Part shown: piece after piece, positions 47,899 through 57,956 of the stretch | Position numbering within the stretch: the first letter of the stretch is position 1 | Layout of the letters: each line of letters begins with the position of its first letter | Assembly: GCA_963727525.1 (NCBI GenBank) | Contig: CAVSGO010000007.1 | Span: forward strand, 992,001-1,056,000 | Reading direction: 5' to 3' | Length of the DNA: 64,000 nt | Origin: an uncultured bacterium | GTDB lineage: Bacteria; Krumholzibacteriota; Krumholzibacteriia; LZORAL124-64-63 | Translations under genes and position numbers: made by a program | Notes under the pieces: generated by a model | What the model was told of the DNA's origin: nothing | Databases searched by the model: none | Seen by the model: the letters and a program-made list of their open reading frames with translations, nothing else

Positions 47899-48542
47899 CT
47901 CTCGGTATCGAAAACCTCGTGCCAGCGACGTGCGGGGTCGCAGAAGCGCACGGCGTCGGGATCGAAAGCGGCCGCGTCGAACCCCGGTTCCAGCCACATC
48001 GCGATCATCTCGCGCTCCTCGCTGGCGGCCGCGCTCAACGAGGTGAGCAGGCGCGTGTAGCCGGCCGTTCCTCCACAATCCTCGGGCGGACACGCCCCCT
48101 CGCCGCCGAGGCAGCGGGGACTGGGGCCCGCCTCGTCGGCGGGAAGCACCGCCTCGAGGGCGATCTCGTGCTGCCACTGGTCCCCGAGGTCGTAGGTGTA
48201 GAGGATGGGCGGATAGTCGGGGCGGATGATGTCGCGGACCTGCACCTGCCAGCCGGGAATCACCGCATTCGAACCGTGGAACTCGCTGGCATCCGGCACC
48301 CCGATCCGCAGGCGTTCCCCCGTGTGAGGATGATCGACGGTGAAGACGTGGAGATGGCAATCGCGCCAGCCCATCACATCCTGCAGCGCGACGTGCAGGT
48401 CCCAGAACGTCGCGTTCTCCGCGACCTGCAAGGTGCGCCAGATCGGCCGCGGCGCGAGCACGAGATCGACGCGCAGCACGAAAGCATTGGGCAGCACCAC
48501 GCCCGGGAAACGTATGATGTTGTCCTGAGGTGTGTCCGTCAT
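47895..48542 (-). CDS. pRiA4b ORF-3 family protein
   Basis: PIWR..TFWDLH..MGW..HLH.F, YTYDLGDQW.H, ACPPEDCGG. Confidence 0.9.
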   Translation of the reverse strand: MTDTPQDNIIRFPGVVLPNAFVLRVDLVLAPRPIWRTLQVAENATFWDLHVALQDVMGWRDCHLHVFTVDHPHTGERLRIGVPDASEFHGSNAVIPGWQVQVRDIIRPDYPPILYTYDLGDQWQHEIALEAVLPADEAGPSPRCLGGEGACPPEDCGGTAGYTRLLTSLSAAASEEREMIAMWLEPGFDAAAFDPDAVRFCDPARRWHEVFDTES

Positions 48543-49210
48543 CGCTTCTGATCCTCTTCGAGCGCTCGTTGCGCCAGTCGGCCCACGATCACCAGGAGCA
48601 CGACCGCGGCAAGGGCCCCCACGAGCATGAGCACCACCCGCGCGGCGCCGATCTCGCTCACGCCGCCCGCATGACCGACCGCTCGCGCCGTGCTGCCGAT
48701 GAACACCTGCAGAGCGGCGGTCGGCAAGACCAGGAGCGTCGCCACCAGGTACGGGACCACCGGTACCCGGCTCATGCCCAGTACGTAGTTCACCAGCCCG
48801 TAGTTGAGCGGCGACAGGCGCAGCAGCATCATGATGCGCAGAGCGTCGTCGTCCGCGAGGCGTACGAAGCGCTGCCAGCGCACATGGCCGGCAAGCCAGC
48901 GCTCCCGCCGGCCGCTCAACCAGCGCCGGCTCGCCCCGTACATGATCGCCGCCGTCATCACGTCCGCCAGAGCCAGTACAGTGAGGCCGGTCCGAAAACC
49001 GAAAAGGATCCCGGCCAGGAACCCCAGCACCGAGACCGGAAAGAAGCACGACACCGCGACGACGTGCAAGCCCACGAACACGGGCCCTCGCCACTGACCC
49101 AGGCCGCGCAGCCAGGATTCCAGGTCGCCGGCGTAGAAACGCAGCCCCGCGACGAGGCCGATCCCCACCGCCACTGCGGCTACGATTCGCACGCGCGCGC
49201 TCACGGTCAT
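48539..49210 (-). CDS. TVP38/TMEM64 (DedA/VTT) membrane protein
   Basis: AGILFG; LLRLSPL.YGLVNY.LG. Confidence 0.87.
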   Translation of the reverse strand: MTVSARVRIVAAVAVGIGLVAGLRFYAGDLESWLRGLGQWRGPVFVGLHVVAVSCFFPVSVLGFLAGILFGFRTGLTVLALADVMTAAIMYGASRRWLSGRRERWLAGHVRWQRFVRLADDDALRIMMLLRLSPLNYGLVNYVLGMSRVPVVPYLVATLLVLPTAALQVFIGSTARAVGHAGGVSEIGAARVVLMLVGALAAVVLLVIVGRLAQRALEEDQKR

Positions 49211-51375
49211 CGCGGCGCGGACATGCCCAGGCACGCCATCAGGAACGCCCCGACCTCGGCCGTCTGGACGATCTGGGTCGAGACCGTCACGCCTCCCCCG
49301 TGGCCGCTGGCCCGCCGTACCAGGAGCAAATGCGGGCCGCCGTCCGGATCCGCAGCTTGCAGGCGCGCCACCATCTTGCGCGCGTGCAGCGGGTCGACGC
49401 GCGCATCGTTCTCGCTGCCCGTGCACAGGAACGCCGGATAGCGGGTACCGTCCGCGACGTTGTGATAAGGCGAGTAGGCCAACAGATACGCGAACTGTTC
49501 CGGGTCGGCGCTGCTGCCATATTCCTCGGCCCAGATGTTGGCCAGGCCAAATTCGTGGTAGTTCACCATGTCCAGCAGCGGCACCTCGCACGCCACGGCC
49601 CGGAACAGCTCGGGCCGCTGCACCATGCACGCGCCCACCAGCAACCCGCCGTTGCTGCCCCCCCGGATGGCCAGCTTCTGCGGACGGGTCCAGTGGTTAT
49701 CCACCAGCCACTCGGCCGCCGCGATGAAGTCGTCGAACACGTCCTGCTTGTGCTCGCGCATCCCGGCCTCGTGCCAGGCACGACCGAACTCGCCGCCCCC
49801 GCGAAGATTCGCCATGGCGAACACGCCGCCTGCTTCCAGCCACACGAGCCAGGTGGTGGCGAAACTCGGACGCAGCGACACGTCGAAGCCGCCATAGCCG
49901 TAGAGCAGCGTCGGGTTCTCACCGTCGAGCACCACGTCCTTGCGGTGCACGAGGAACATGGGCACCCGGGTGCCGTCCTTGCTGGTGAACCAGACCTGCT
50001 GGGCCGCCATGTTGCTCGTGTCCACCGGTACGGGGAACTCGTGGTAGACGTCGAGGCGGTCGGCGTCGAAGTCGTACCGGTACGTGGTGCCGGGGAACGT
50101 GAAAGACGAGAAGCTGACCCACACATCGGGACGCGCCCAGTAGCCGCCCACGCCGCCGGTCCCGATCGTCGGGAACGGGACTTCGCGTAGATACGTGCCG
50201 TCGAGATCGTAGATCTTCACGAGCGTGTAGGCGTCATGCATGAAGCTGGCGTACACGTGACCGGCCACGCAGCCGATACCGTTGAGCTTGTCGCGCTCGG
50301 GCTGGGGTAGCCACACGCGCCACGCCTCGCGTTCGGGATGAGCGACGTCGGTCACGTACACCATCTTGCGCGGCGCGTCCTCGTCGGTGGTGATGAGGAT
50401 CGTGTCGCCGACGAAATCGACGCCGAACTCCGCTTTCATCCCGGTGGCCAGCGGCGTCAACGGATCATTGCTGCCCGTGCGTTTGAACCACACGTCGTTC
50501 ACGGTGAAGAGGCTGCGCTCATACACGGTGTAGCATCCGTCCTCGGTCACCCACACCGAATTCCACGTCTCTTTCACGGCCTCGTCCGCGAAGACCTGCA
50601 CATCCTCGCCAGGACCGGTGCCCAGGCGATGGAACCAGGTCTGGTGCCAGTACTCGTGTTCACCCGCGGGCACCTCGCCCGCGCAGGGCTTGCAACTGTA
50701 GAAGAACCCCGAGCCATCAGGCAGCCAGCTCGACACCGCCTGCTTCCAGCCGCGCAACCGGTCGGGCAGGATCTCCCGCGTCTGCGTCACCATGACCTGG
50801 ATCACCGGATTCTCGTCGCCACCATGCGCCGTGCCGAACGCCACGTAGCGCCCGTCGCGGCTGGGCCAGGTCCCGGCGAGCTGGTCGTGCGACGGCCACG
50901 CATTGGGATCGAGTAGCACCTCGGGCTCAGCGCCGTCGCGGCCACGGGTGACGTACGCCCATTTCTCCTCATTCTTCTTCTTCGTCCACGAGAACAGTCG
51001 CTCGCCATCGTACACGCGCATCGGTGTCGACTCGTCGTCGTACCGCCACAGCTCGCCGAACCGTCGTTCGAGCCATGCCTTCTGCGGCAGTCCGTCGATG
51101 ATCGCGTGCGTGAGCCGCTCCTGCTCATCCGTCCAGGTCTGCACGGTCGGATCGTCGGCCTGCTCGAGCCAGCGGTAGGGATCGGTGATCGGCGTGCCGT
51201 GATGATCGTCGGTGACCGGAATGCGGTCGGTCGGCGGATACTGATACGGTCCGTGCATCAGGTCGGGGCCTCCCTCTTCGTGGCCGGTCCGGTCGCGCCC
51301 TCCTGGGCCGGCGGCGGCAGGACCGGTCGCCAGCGAGACGAGGGCGATCGTGACGACGAAGACGACGGTTCGCAT
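49207..51375 (-). CDS. Exported prolyl oligopeptidase (S9A)
   Basis: Signal peptide; DPYRWLE; SKDGTRVP; GYGGF; GGSNGG, NDARV, GHG triad. Confidence 0.96.
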   Translation of the reverse strand: MRTVVFVVTIALVSLATGPAAAGPGGRDRTGHEEGGPDLMHGPYQYPPTDRIPVTDDHHGTPITDPYRWLEQADDPTVQTWTDEQERLTHAIIDGLPQKAWLERRFGELWRYDDESTPMRVYDGERLFSWTKKKNEEKWAYVTRGRDGAEPEVLLDPNAWPSHDQLAGTWPSRDGRYVAFGTAHGGDENPVIQVMVTQTREILPDRLRGWKQAVSSWLPDGSGFFYSCKPCAGEVPAGEHEYWHQTWFHRLGTGPGEDVQVFADEAVKETWNSVWVTEDGCYTVYERSLFTVNDVWFKRTGSNDPLTPLATGMKAEFGVDFVGDTILITTDEDAPRKMVYVTDVAHPEREAWRVWLPQPERDKLNGIGCVAGHVYASFMHDAYTLVKIYDLDGTYLREVPFPTIGTGGVGGYWARPDVWVSFSSFTFPGTTYRYDFDADRLDVYHEFPVPVDTSNMAAQQVWFTSKDGTRVPMFLVHRKDVVLDGENPTLLYGYGGFDVSLRPSFATTWLVWLEAGGVFAMANLRGGGEFGRAWHEAGMREHKQDVFDDFIAAAEWLVDNHWTRPQKLAIRGGSNGGLLVGACMVQRPELFRAVACEVPLLDMVNYHEFGLANIWAEEYGSSADPEQFAYLLAYSPYHNVADGTRYPAFLCTGSENDARVDPLHARKMVARLQAADPDGGPHLLLVRRASGHGGGVTVSTQIVQTAEVGAFLMACLGMSAPR

Positions 51376-51561
51376 GGGATATCTCCTCGACGAGAACCCA
51401 GTGGCGCACACGGCGGCTGCCATTCTAGAGGACCGGTACGGGGGCGGCCAGCGCAATGTCCGGCGTCGGGAAACCAATTTCGGGTTGTCCCGCCCGCGTT
51501 CAACAGGCACATTTGAGGTTCGAACCGCCCATCCGGAATCGCAGTCAGGGAGAATGCCACC

Positions 51562-53085
51562 ATGGCCATCGTGCTCAACGGCTCCGAACTCACGTGCGAC
51601 AAGGTCGTGCGCATCGCCCGCGACGGCGAGAAGGTCATCCTCGATCCCGAAGCCGTCGAGCGCATCAAGGCGTGCCGGGCCATGGTCGAACGAAAGATCG
51701 CCGCGCGCGAGATCATGTACGGGGTGAACACCGGCATCGGCGAGCTGGTGAACGTGATTCTGGAGCCGGACCAGATCGAGCAGTTCCAGCGCTATCTCGT
51801 CTACAACCACAGTGCCGGCATCGGTGAGCCCGCCCCCATCGAGTTCGTACGCGGCGCCATGGCCGGCCGCGCGAACGTACATGCGCACGGGAATAGCGGG
51901 TGCCGCCCGGAGATCACGCTCACACTGGTGGAAATGCTGAACAAGGGTGTCACACCATTCGTCTGCCAGAAGGGCAGTGTCGGCGCGTGCGGCGACCTCG
52001 CCCCCATGTCTCAGATAGCCCTTTTGATGATGGGCGAAGGCCAGGCCTATTACAAGGACGTGCTGCTGCCCGGCAAGACGGCGTTCGAACGCGCCGGCAT
52101 CCCGGTGCCGGGCCTGAAAGCCCGCGACGGCCTCGCCACGATCAACGGGTCCAACCTGCTGACGGCGATGAGCGCCATCCACGTCCAGGACATGGATCGC
52201 TGGCTGCGACAGGCCGAGATCGCATGCGCCATGTCGCTGGAAGCGTTGCTCGCCAACCTCAAGCCGTACGACGAGCGCCTGCATCAGGTGCGCGGATTCA
52301 CCGGCGCGGTGCGCAGTTCGGGCGCCATCCGTCGCTGTCTCGAGGGGAGCGACCTGGCCACCGGCAAGCTCGAGGTGAAGGTGCAGGACGCCTACTCCAT
52401 GCGGTCCACGCCCCAGGTCATCGGGGCTGCGCACGACGCGGTGCGCTGGGCAAAGAGCCAGGTGGAGATCGAGCTGAACGGCGTGGGCGACAATCCCATC
52501 TTCTTTCCTGCCGAGGACGTTACGCTCACGGGCGCGAACTTCCAGGGGACGCCGGTGTCGCTGCCGATGGAGGGCGCGGGTACGGCGGTCACCATGGTGT
52601 CGGTGCTCTCCGAGCGAAGGTTGAATCGTTTGCTCAACCCGGCGCTCAGCGTCGGACTGCCGGCCTTCCTCACGCGGGGTGCCGGCATGTTCAGCGGCCT
52701 CATGCTCAGCCAGTACACGGCCGACGCGCTCATCGTCGAGCAGCGCATGCTCTCGGCTCCGGCCGCCGTGGCGTCGATCCCTGCCGCTGCCGATCAGGAA
52801 GACTTCGTCTCCATGGGTATGAACACTGCCATCAAGAACGGGCAGATCCTCGCGAACGCGCACGGTGTGCTGGGCATCGAGCTGATGGCCGCCGCCCAGG
52901 CCCTCGACCTGCGCGAGCACGTGTTCGGCAAGGGCGTGCGCGCCGCGAAGGATGTCGTGCGCAAGCATGTCGAATTCCTCGAGGTCGATCGACCGCTCTA
53001 TCCCGACCACACGGCGATGCGCGACCTGGTGGCGTCGTGCGAGATCCTCGACGCGGTGGAGGCGGCCGTCGGGCCACTCGGCTAG
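51562..53085 (+). CDS. hutH: MIO-dependent aromatic amino acid lyase, histidine ammonia-lyase-like (Ala-Cys-Gly triad)
   Basis: YGVNTG, GSVGACGDLAP, VQDAYSMR..PQV, DNP, QEDFVSMG; substrate not certain. Confidence 0.8.
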   Translation: MAIVLNGSELTCDKVVRIARDGEKVILDPEAVERIKACRAMVERKIAAREIMYGVNTGIGELVNVILEPDQIEQFQRYLVYNHSAGIGEPAPIEFVRGAMAGRANVHAHGNSGCRPEITLTLVEMLNKGVTPFVCQKGSVGACGDLAPMSQIALLMMGEGQAYYKDVLLPGKTAFERAGIPVPGLKARDGLATINGSNLLTAMSAIHVQDMDRWLRQAEIACAMSLEALLANLKPYDERLHQVRGFTGAVRSSGAIRRCLEGSDLATGKLEVKVQDAYSMRSTPQVIGAAHDAVRWAKSQVEIELNGVGDNPIFFPAEDVTLTGANFQGTPVSLPMEGAGTAVTMVSVLSERRLNRLLNPALSVGLPAFLTRGAGMFSGLMLSQYTADALIVEQRMLSAPAAVASIPAAADQEDFVSMGMNTAIKNGQILANAHGVLGIELMAAAQALDLREHVFGKGVRAAKDVVRKHVEFLEVDRPLYPDHTAMRDLVASCEILDAVEAAVGPLG

Positions 53086-53098
53086 CCTGCCGAAACGG

Positions 53099-53127
53099 AG
53101 GCCGCGGCCACGCGCCGCGGCCTTTTT
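53099..53127 (+). terminator. Rho-independent terminator
   Basis: AGGCCGCGGC-cacgc-GCCGCGGCCT-TTTT. Confidence 0.8.
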
Positions 53128-53223
53128 ATCCTTCCATGTATTTTCGCTTTACTTTCGCTTTTTCTATGCTATCATGATCGCCATCTTCACTGGACCTCAC
53201 CGACAGAGCGAAAGGACCAAGCG

Positions 53224-53751
53224 ATGACCTGGACCGACCTTCTCTCCTGCGACATGACCGATGCGTACAAGATCACCGACAATCTCATGGCGATGGTGAA
53301 GGACAGCGACCTGAGCTGGAAGCCGACGACCGGCAAGAACTGGATGACGACCGGCCAGCTCCTCAAGCACCTCACCGACGCCTGTGGTATGTGCTGCAAG
53401 GGGTTCGTCACCGGCGACTGGGGTATGCCCGAGGGCGTCGACGCCAGCGAGCTGCCGCCGGACCAGAAGCTCCCCCCTGCCGCTGCCCTGCCCACCGTGA
53501 GCAGCGTCGCCGAGGCGCGCAAGGCCCTCGCGGCCGACCGCGAGGTGGCCTTCGCCATGGTCGCGCAGGCCGGCGAGGACGCCCTCGATGGTCAGATCTC
53601 CGCCGCTCCGTGGAATCCCGAGCACCCGCAGTGCCTGGGCCAGCACTTGCTAGATATGGTCGGCCACCTGAATCAGCACAAGGGACAGCTCTTCTACTAC
53701 CTGAAGCTCATGGATCGCGACGTCAATACGATGCACCTCTGGGGCGTCTGA
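53224..53751 (+). CDS. DinB superfamily protein
   Basis: LSWKP..GQLLKHL; HLNQHKGQLFYYLKL. Confidence 0.85.
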   Translation: MTWTDLLSCDMTDAYKITDNLMAMVKDSDLSWKPTTGKNWMTTGQLLKHLTDACGMCCKGFVTGDWGMPEGVDASELPPDQKLPPAAALPTVSSVAEARKALAADREVAFAMVAQAGEDALDGQISAAPWNPEHPQCLGQHLLDMVGHLNQHKGQLFYYLKLMDRDVNTMHLWGV

Positions 53752-53943
53752 GCAGCCCGGAAGCTCGGACCTGACAACTCGTCGGTTAGCTGCTATCGTG
53801 GGGCCCGTTCAGACGGACGATGCGCTGGTGGTCGACCGCTCCGCGAATTCCACCGCGAGCCCGCGCACGCAGTGCGGGCTCGCGACCTGCCAGCCTCCGG
53901 GAATTCCGTCCGCGGTTTCCAGATCCGAACGAGAGGATGGAGC

Positions 53944-54678
53944 ATGCGTTTGACGAGAATCGTGGCCGTGGCCCTGCTCTGCGTGGGAGTGGCGGCGTGC
54001 AACCAGTCGACGGGGGGATCGGCGAATTCGCTCACCAAGCTGTCGAACGATACCGAGAAGGCGAGCTACGCCGTCGGTATGGACATCGCCAGCTCCCTTT
54101 CGCGCAGCGGAATGGATTTCGACATCTCCGCGCTACAGCGCGGTCTGCACGACGGCCTGAGCCAGACCGACTCGTTGCTTACCGCGGCGGAGATCCAGCA
54201 GACCATCACGGATTTCCAGACCCAGGCCCGCGACAAGATGCAGGCCAAACAGAAGGCCGACGCCGATACCGCGAAGCAGGAAGGCGCCGACTTTCTCGCC
54301 AAGAACAAGACGCAGCCGGGCGTGAAGACCACCGATAGCGGTCTGCAGTACATCGTCGAGGTCGAGGGCAGCGGGCCCCAGCCCAAGGCCACCGACACCG
54401 TGAAGGTGAACTACAAGGGCACGCTCATCGACGGCACCGTATTCGACAGTTCGTATGATCGCGGCGAACCGGTCACGTTCCCGGTCAACCGCGTCATCCC
54501 GGGCTGGACGGAAGCCCTGCAGATGATGCATGTGGGCGGCAAGTGGAAACTCTTCGTCCCGGCCGATCAGGCCTACGGCGAACGCAGCCCCGGCCCGCAG
54601 ATTCCCGCCAACTCGACGCTGATCTTCGACGTCGAACTGATCGGGATCGAGCCGGCGGCGTCCGACTCCGGCAAGTAG
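53944..54678 (+). CDS. FKBP-type PPIase lipoprotein (FkpA/Mip-like)
   Basis: Lipobox VAAC; SYAVG; VNYKGTLIDGTVFDSS; VIPGW; LIFDVEL. Confidence 0.95.
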   Translation: MRLTRIVAVALLCVGVAACNQSTGGSANSLTKLSNDTEKASYAVGMDIASSLSRSGMDFDISALQRGLHDGLSQTDSLLTAAEIQQTITDFQTQARDKMQAKQKADADTAKQEGADFLAKNKTQPGVKTTDSGLQYIVEVEGSGPQPKATDTVKVNYKGTLIDGTVFDSSYDRGEPVTFPVNRVIPGWTEALQMMHVGGKWKLFVPADQAYGERSPGPQIPANSTLIFDVELIGIEPAASDSGK

Positions 54679-54735
54679 CGCCGCGCCCACGATCGCCCAG
54701 CGGCCCGCGCCAGCGGGCCGCTGGTGCGTTGCGCC

Positions 54736-55116
54736 CTAGTCCGGAAACCGCCCCGACGGTGGCTGCCAGAGCTCGATACGGTTGTCCTCCGGGTCGGTGA
54801 CCCAGCCGAAGCTGCCGTACTTCGAGGTCTCCGTGTGCGGATCCACGTCGCAACCCTCGGCGCGCAACGCGCTCAGAACCGCCTCGAGGTTCTCGACACG
54901 GTAGTTGATCATGTACGGCTGCGTCCCCGCACCGAAGTAATCGGAACTCTCGGGGAAGATGCTCCATACGGTCGCGCCATTCGGCTCTCGCCAGCGAAAG
55001 GTCGCCCCGCCCCAGGTCAGGATGTTCAGATCGAGGTGATCGCGGTACCACTCGCGCAACTTGTCAGGATTGCGCGCCTTGAAGAAGATCCCCCCGATGC
55101 CGGTCACGCGCGGCAT
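54736..55116 (-). CDS. VOC/glyoxalase family protein
   Basis: VTGIGGIFFK..WY..L; DPEDNRIELW. Confidence 0.9.
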   Translation of the reverse strand: MPRVTGIGGIFFKARNPDKLREWYRDHLDLNILTWGGATFRWREPNGATVWSIFPESSDYFGAGTQPYMINYRVENLEAVLSALRAEGCDVDPHTETSKYGSFGWVTDPEDNRIELWQPPSGRFPD

Positions 55117-55125
55117 GGTCGCTCC

Positions 55126-55773
55126 TTAGCGTTTCGTGGTGAGCAGCTTGAACGCGTGCGACCAATCGTTGCGCAGGAAGCCGGGAATGCACCACAGCAT
55201 GGCCAGCGGTTCGATGGCGCGAGCCGCACTGGCTCCACCCATGTCGGCCGCGTCCCAGCCGCACTGGTCGAGCAGATGCGTCACCGTCGCCTTGGCCTGC
55301 GCGTCGTCGCCGCAGATGAACATGGTCGGCTTGCCGCCGACGAGGTTGGGATCCACCATCAATGCGCTCCCCACGCAGCTGAACGCCTTCACGAAGTGCG
55401 CGCCGCAACAGGCGTTCTGCAGGCGTTCGAGCAACGATTCGTCGAGCGACGTGAAGTACTTCAGCACGCCGTCCACGGGTGGCGCATCGGCGATGGGATT
55501 GGTGGTGTCGATGACCGTCTTGCCGACGAGGTTGTCGGCGCCCGCGAGCGCGAGCACAGCGGCTGCCGCCGTCCCCTTCACGGCGAGCACGACCGCCTCC
55601 CCGAACCGCGCCGTCGCGGCAAAGTCGCCCGTCGCGATGCTCCCCTGCGCCCGCGCCCAGTCCGCCAGTCGGGACGGCTCGCGCGAACCGATCTGGACAT
55701 CGTGACCGAGGCGGTGAAAGCCCGCGGCGAGCGCCTTGCCCACATCGCCGGAACCGAGAATACCGATCTTCAT
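55126..55773 (-). CDS. NADPH-dependent F420 reductase family oxidoreductase
   Basis: [32 protein letters not shown]. Confidence 0.9.
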   Translation of the reverse strand: MKIGILGSGDVGKALAAGFHRLGHDVQIGSREPSRLADWARAQGSIATGDFAATARFGEAVVLAVKGTAAAAVLALAGADNLVGKTVIDTTNPIADAPPVDGVLKYFTSLDESLLERLQNACCGAHFVKAFSCVGSALMVDPNLVGGKPTMFICGDDAQAKATVTHLLDQCGWDAADMGGASAARAIEPLAMLWCIPGFLRNDWSHAFKLLTTKR

Positions 55774-55936
55774 CCTGCCCTCCCTGTCACCGCCACCGTG
55801 GCCGTTCCTAGCCACGATAGTCGCGACGCCGGCCGCCGCAATCCGTTCACGAAACCGGTCGTTTGCCGGCCACAGCCGTCGCATGTACCCATGTGCTGGT
55901 AGGGTTGTTCCGCCACTGAACCAGGGAGGTCGCGCT

Positions 55937-56524
55937 ATGGCGGCGAAGAAGATCCTGATGCTCGTCGGAGATTTCGTCGAGGACTACGAAGTGATGGTGC
56001 CGTTCCAGATGCTCACGATGGTCGGCCACACCGTGCATGCCGTGTGTCCGAACAAAGCTGCCGGCGACACCGTGCGTACGGCGGTGCACGATTTCGAGGG
56101 TGACCAGACCTACAGCGAGAAACCCGGCCACAACTTCCATCTGAACGCCACCTTCGCAGACATCGACCCGACGACCTACGATGCCCTCGTGATCCCGGGC
56201 GGGCGCGCCCCCGAGTACATCCGTCTGAACGCGGATGTCATCGCCGCCGTGACACACTTCGTCCAGAAACAGAAGCCCATCGCCGCCATCTGCCACGGGG
56301 CGCAGGTCCTCGTCGCCGGCGGCGGCGTGGAGGGCAAGATCTGCACGGCGTATCCCGCCCTGCAACCCGACATCGAGCGCAACGGCGGCACGTGGCGAGA
56401 CAACAACGCCACCTTCACCAACGCCGTCGTCGACGGCAATCTTGTCAGTGCTGGCGCCTGGCCCGCCCATCCGATGTGGATGCGCGAGTTCCTCAAGGTG
56501 CTGGGGTCGACGATCGAGGCATAG
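55937..56524 (+). CDS. DJ-1/PfpI family protein
   Basis: [26 protein letters not shown]. Confidence 0.94.
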   Translation: MAAKKILMLVGDFVEDYEVMVPFQMLTMVGHTVHAVCPNKAAGDTVRTAVHDFEGDQTYSEKPGHNFHLNATFADIDPTTYDALVIPGGRAPEYIRLNADVIAAVTHFVQKQKPIAAICHGAQVLVAGGGVEGKICTAYPALQPDIERNGGTWRDNNATFTNAVVDGNLVSAGAWPAHPMWMREFLKVLGSTIEA

Positions 56525-56597
56525 CACGTCGAGTGCCGGCATCACGACCAGCTCGAACGGCGGGTGCCGCAATTGCCGTTGCCGATCGGGCGCAAAA

Positions 56598-57374
56598 TCA
56601 CGCCCGCGGATCACCATGGAGCCGGAAGCCGAAGATCGCGTTCACGGCATCCGACGTGCGCTCGCCCGGCCAGCCGTCCACGCGCACGGAGATGCCGGGC
56701 ATCGTGTTGAGGAAGCGTTGCAGATCCTCGGCGAACGGGACCGCGGCGGTGGCGTAGTGCAGGATGGGCGCCGCGGCAATGCCACCGTCGAGCGGTGCGA
56801 TGGCCCCCTGCTGCTCCAGTCGACGGATGATGACTGCGGCGCCGCACTGGCGCGACACCGCACGGTCCGACCAGGTGCCGTCGGCGACGTATTTTCCGGA
56901 CGTGTAGTGGGTGGAGAAGCTCCATAGATACGGACTCTTGACGTGCGGATGGTGGAGGCGATAGCCCCAGCCGTTGTATCGCTCAAGCTCGTACAGGACG
57001 CGTGGCAACGTCCAGTCTCGCACTTCGTGGAGGGCGTGCATGCGTAGGGCGTCGCGGGCGCTGTCCTCCCAGGTGAACGGCGGGGCACCCGACGCGGGGC
57101 GGCCGGCGGGGACATGGACCGTCCTCGCCGTCAAACGGTCGCCGTTGTGGAGGTGGCGATCGAATCGCAGACCTGACTCCATGCCATGGATGGCGGCGAC
57201 GAAATACCACGGCGCGCCGAGGTCCTCGGCGAGCGATCGGTAACGCGTCTCGTTGCCCAGGATCTGACCAATGAGGCCGTCGGCATCGTCGAAACGCGAG
57301 GGCTTGACCTCGCAGGTCTTGTAGAGATCCAGGTATTCGCGCTCCAACGCCTGGGTGAGATTGATCGTCGGCAT
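56598..57374 (-). CDS. Lysozyme-family protein with degenerate peptidoglycan-binding tail
   Basis: IHGMES..F..HLHNGD, VPAGRP, ERYNGWGY, SPYLWS, GKYVADG; LQRFLN..VDGWPG..T. Confidence 0.8.
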   Translation of the reverse strand: MPTINLTQALEREYLDLYKTCEVKPSRFDDADGLIGQILGNETRYRSLAEDLGAPWYFVAAIHGMESGLRFDRHLHNGDRLTARTVHVPAGRPASGAPPFTWEDSARDALRMHALHEVRDWTLPRVLYELERYNGWGYRLHHPHVKSPYLWSFSTHYTSGKYVADGTWSDRAVSRQCGAAVIIRRLEQQGAIAPLDGGIAAAPILHYATAAVPFAEDLQRFLNTMPGISVRVDGWPGERTSDAVNAIFGFRLHGDPRA

Positions 57375-57517
57375 GGCGCCTCCCAACGAATGTCGTCGAT
57401 GCGATTCCGGCGGCAATGAGTCCGGGAGGCCCTGCGGTCCCGGCGTGGATGTCGGTCCCATGCGCCACATGGGGGTCGTGCGGCTGCTCGCTGGCGTGGA
57501 TCCGAGGATGACAGTCT

Positions 57518-57548
57518 AAAAAAAAGGACCTGCGCAGCGCGCACGTCC
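57518..57548 (-). terminator. Terminator downstream of tRNA-Ala
   Basis: GGACGTGCGC/GCGCAGGTCC stem followed by T8. Confidence 0.7.
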
Positions 57549-57568
57549 TCTGGATCATTCGATCTGGT

Positions 57569-57644
57569 TGGTGGAGCCAAGGAGGATCGAACTCCTGACC
57601 TCTTGACTGCCAGTCAAGCGCTCTCCCAGCTGAGCTATGGCCCC
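57569..57644 (-). tRNA. tRNA-Ala(GGC)
   Basis: GGGGCCATAGCTCAGCTGGGAGAGCG..CT GGC AG..GTTCGATCC..CTCCACCA; 76 nt; G3:U70 pair. Confidence 0.97.
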
Positions 57645-57663
57645 ACCCGAGTCCAGGGGTCGA

Positions 57664-57732
57664 AATATAGCAGCGAATCGACGCCTGTCAAACGGGGAGT
57701 GGCTTGACGGAAGCCCCGGCGCTGACTAAGCT
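57664..57732. promoter_or_regulatory. Back-to-back sigma70 promoters for the two tRNAs
   Basis: Minus: TTGACA-N16-TATATT; plus: TTGACG-N17-TAAGCT. Confidence 0.75.
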
Positions 57733-57751
57733 TCCGCTTCTGCTCTGGGGT

Positions 57752-57840
57752 GCCGGAGTGGTGAAACTGGTAGACGCGCTGGACTCAAAATCCAGTGTCC
57801 TTAACTGGACGTGTCGGTTCGAGTCCGACCTCCGGCACCA
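57752..57840 (+). tRNA. tRNA-Leu(CAA)
   Basis: GCCGGAGTGGTGAAACTGGTAGAC..CT CAA AA..long variable arm..GTTCGAGTCC..CCA. Confidence 0.97.
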
Positions 57841-57902
57841 GAGTTGTCCCCCGATTTCCGACTTCGTCGATCCTCCAGTGCGGATATCATCCCGATCGGG
57901 AC

Positions 57903-57937
57903 AAAAAAAGGCAGCCCCATTCGGAACTGCCTTTTTT
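57903..57937. terminator. Bidirectional terminator between tRNA-Leu and pruA
   Basis: A7-GGCAG..CTGCC-T6. Confidence 0.8.
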
Positions 57938-57956
57938 GCATTGAGTTGCGGGGGCG

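Noticed and set aside
47895-48542. Plasmid or mobile element implied by the pRiA4b ORF-3 family name
   Set aside because: The family is common on chromosomes; no transposase, integrase, replication gene or flanking repeats.
49207-53010. Apparent 1267-aa fusion ORF
   Set aside because: The first 545 codons are mostly antisense to the lyase gene; the real peptidase starts at ATG 51375 with an RBS and signal peptide.
56500-57900. Genomic island or prophage at the tRNAs
   Set aside because: No integrase and no duplicate of either tRNA 3' end noticed in the window.
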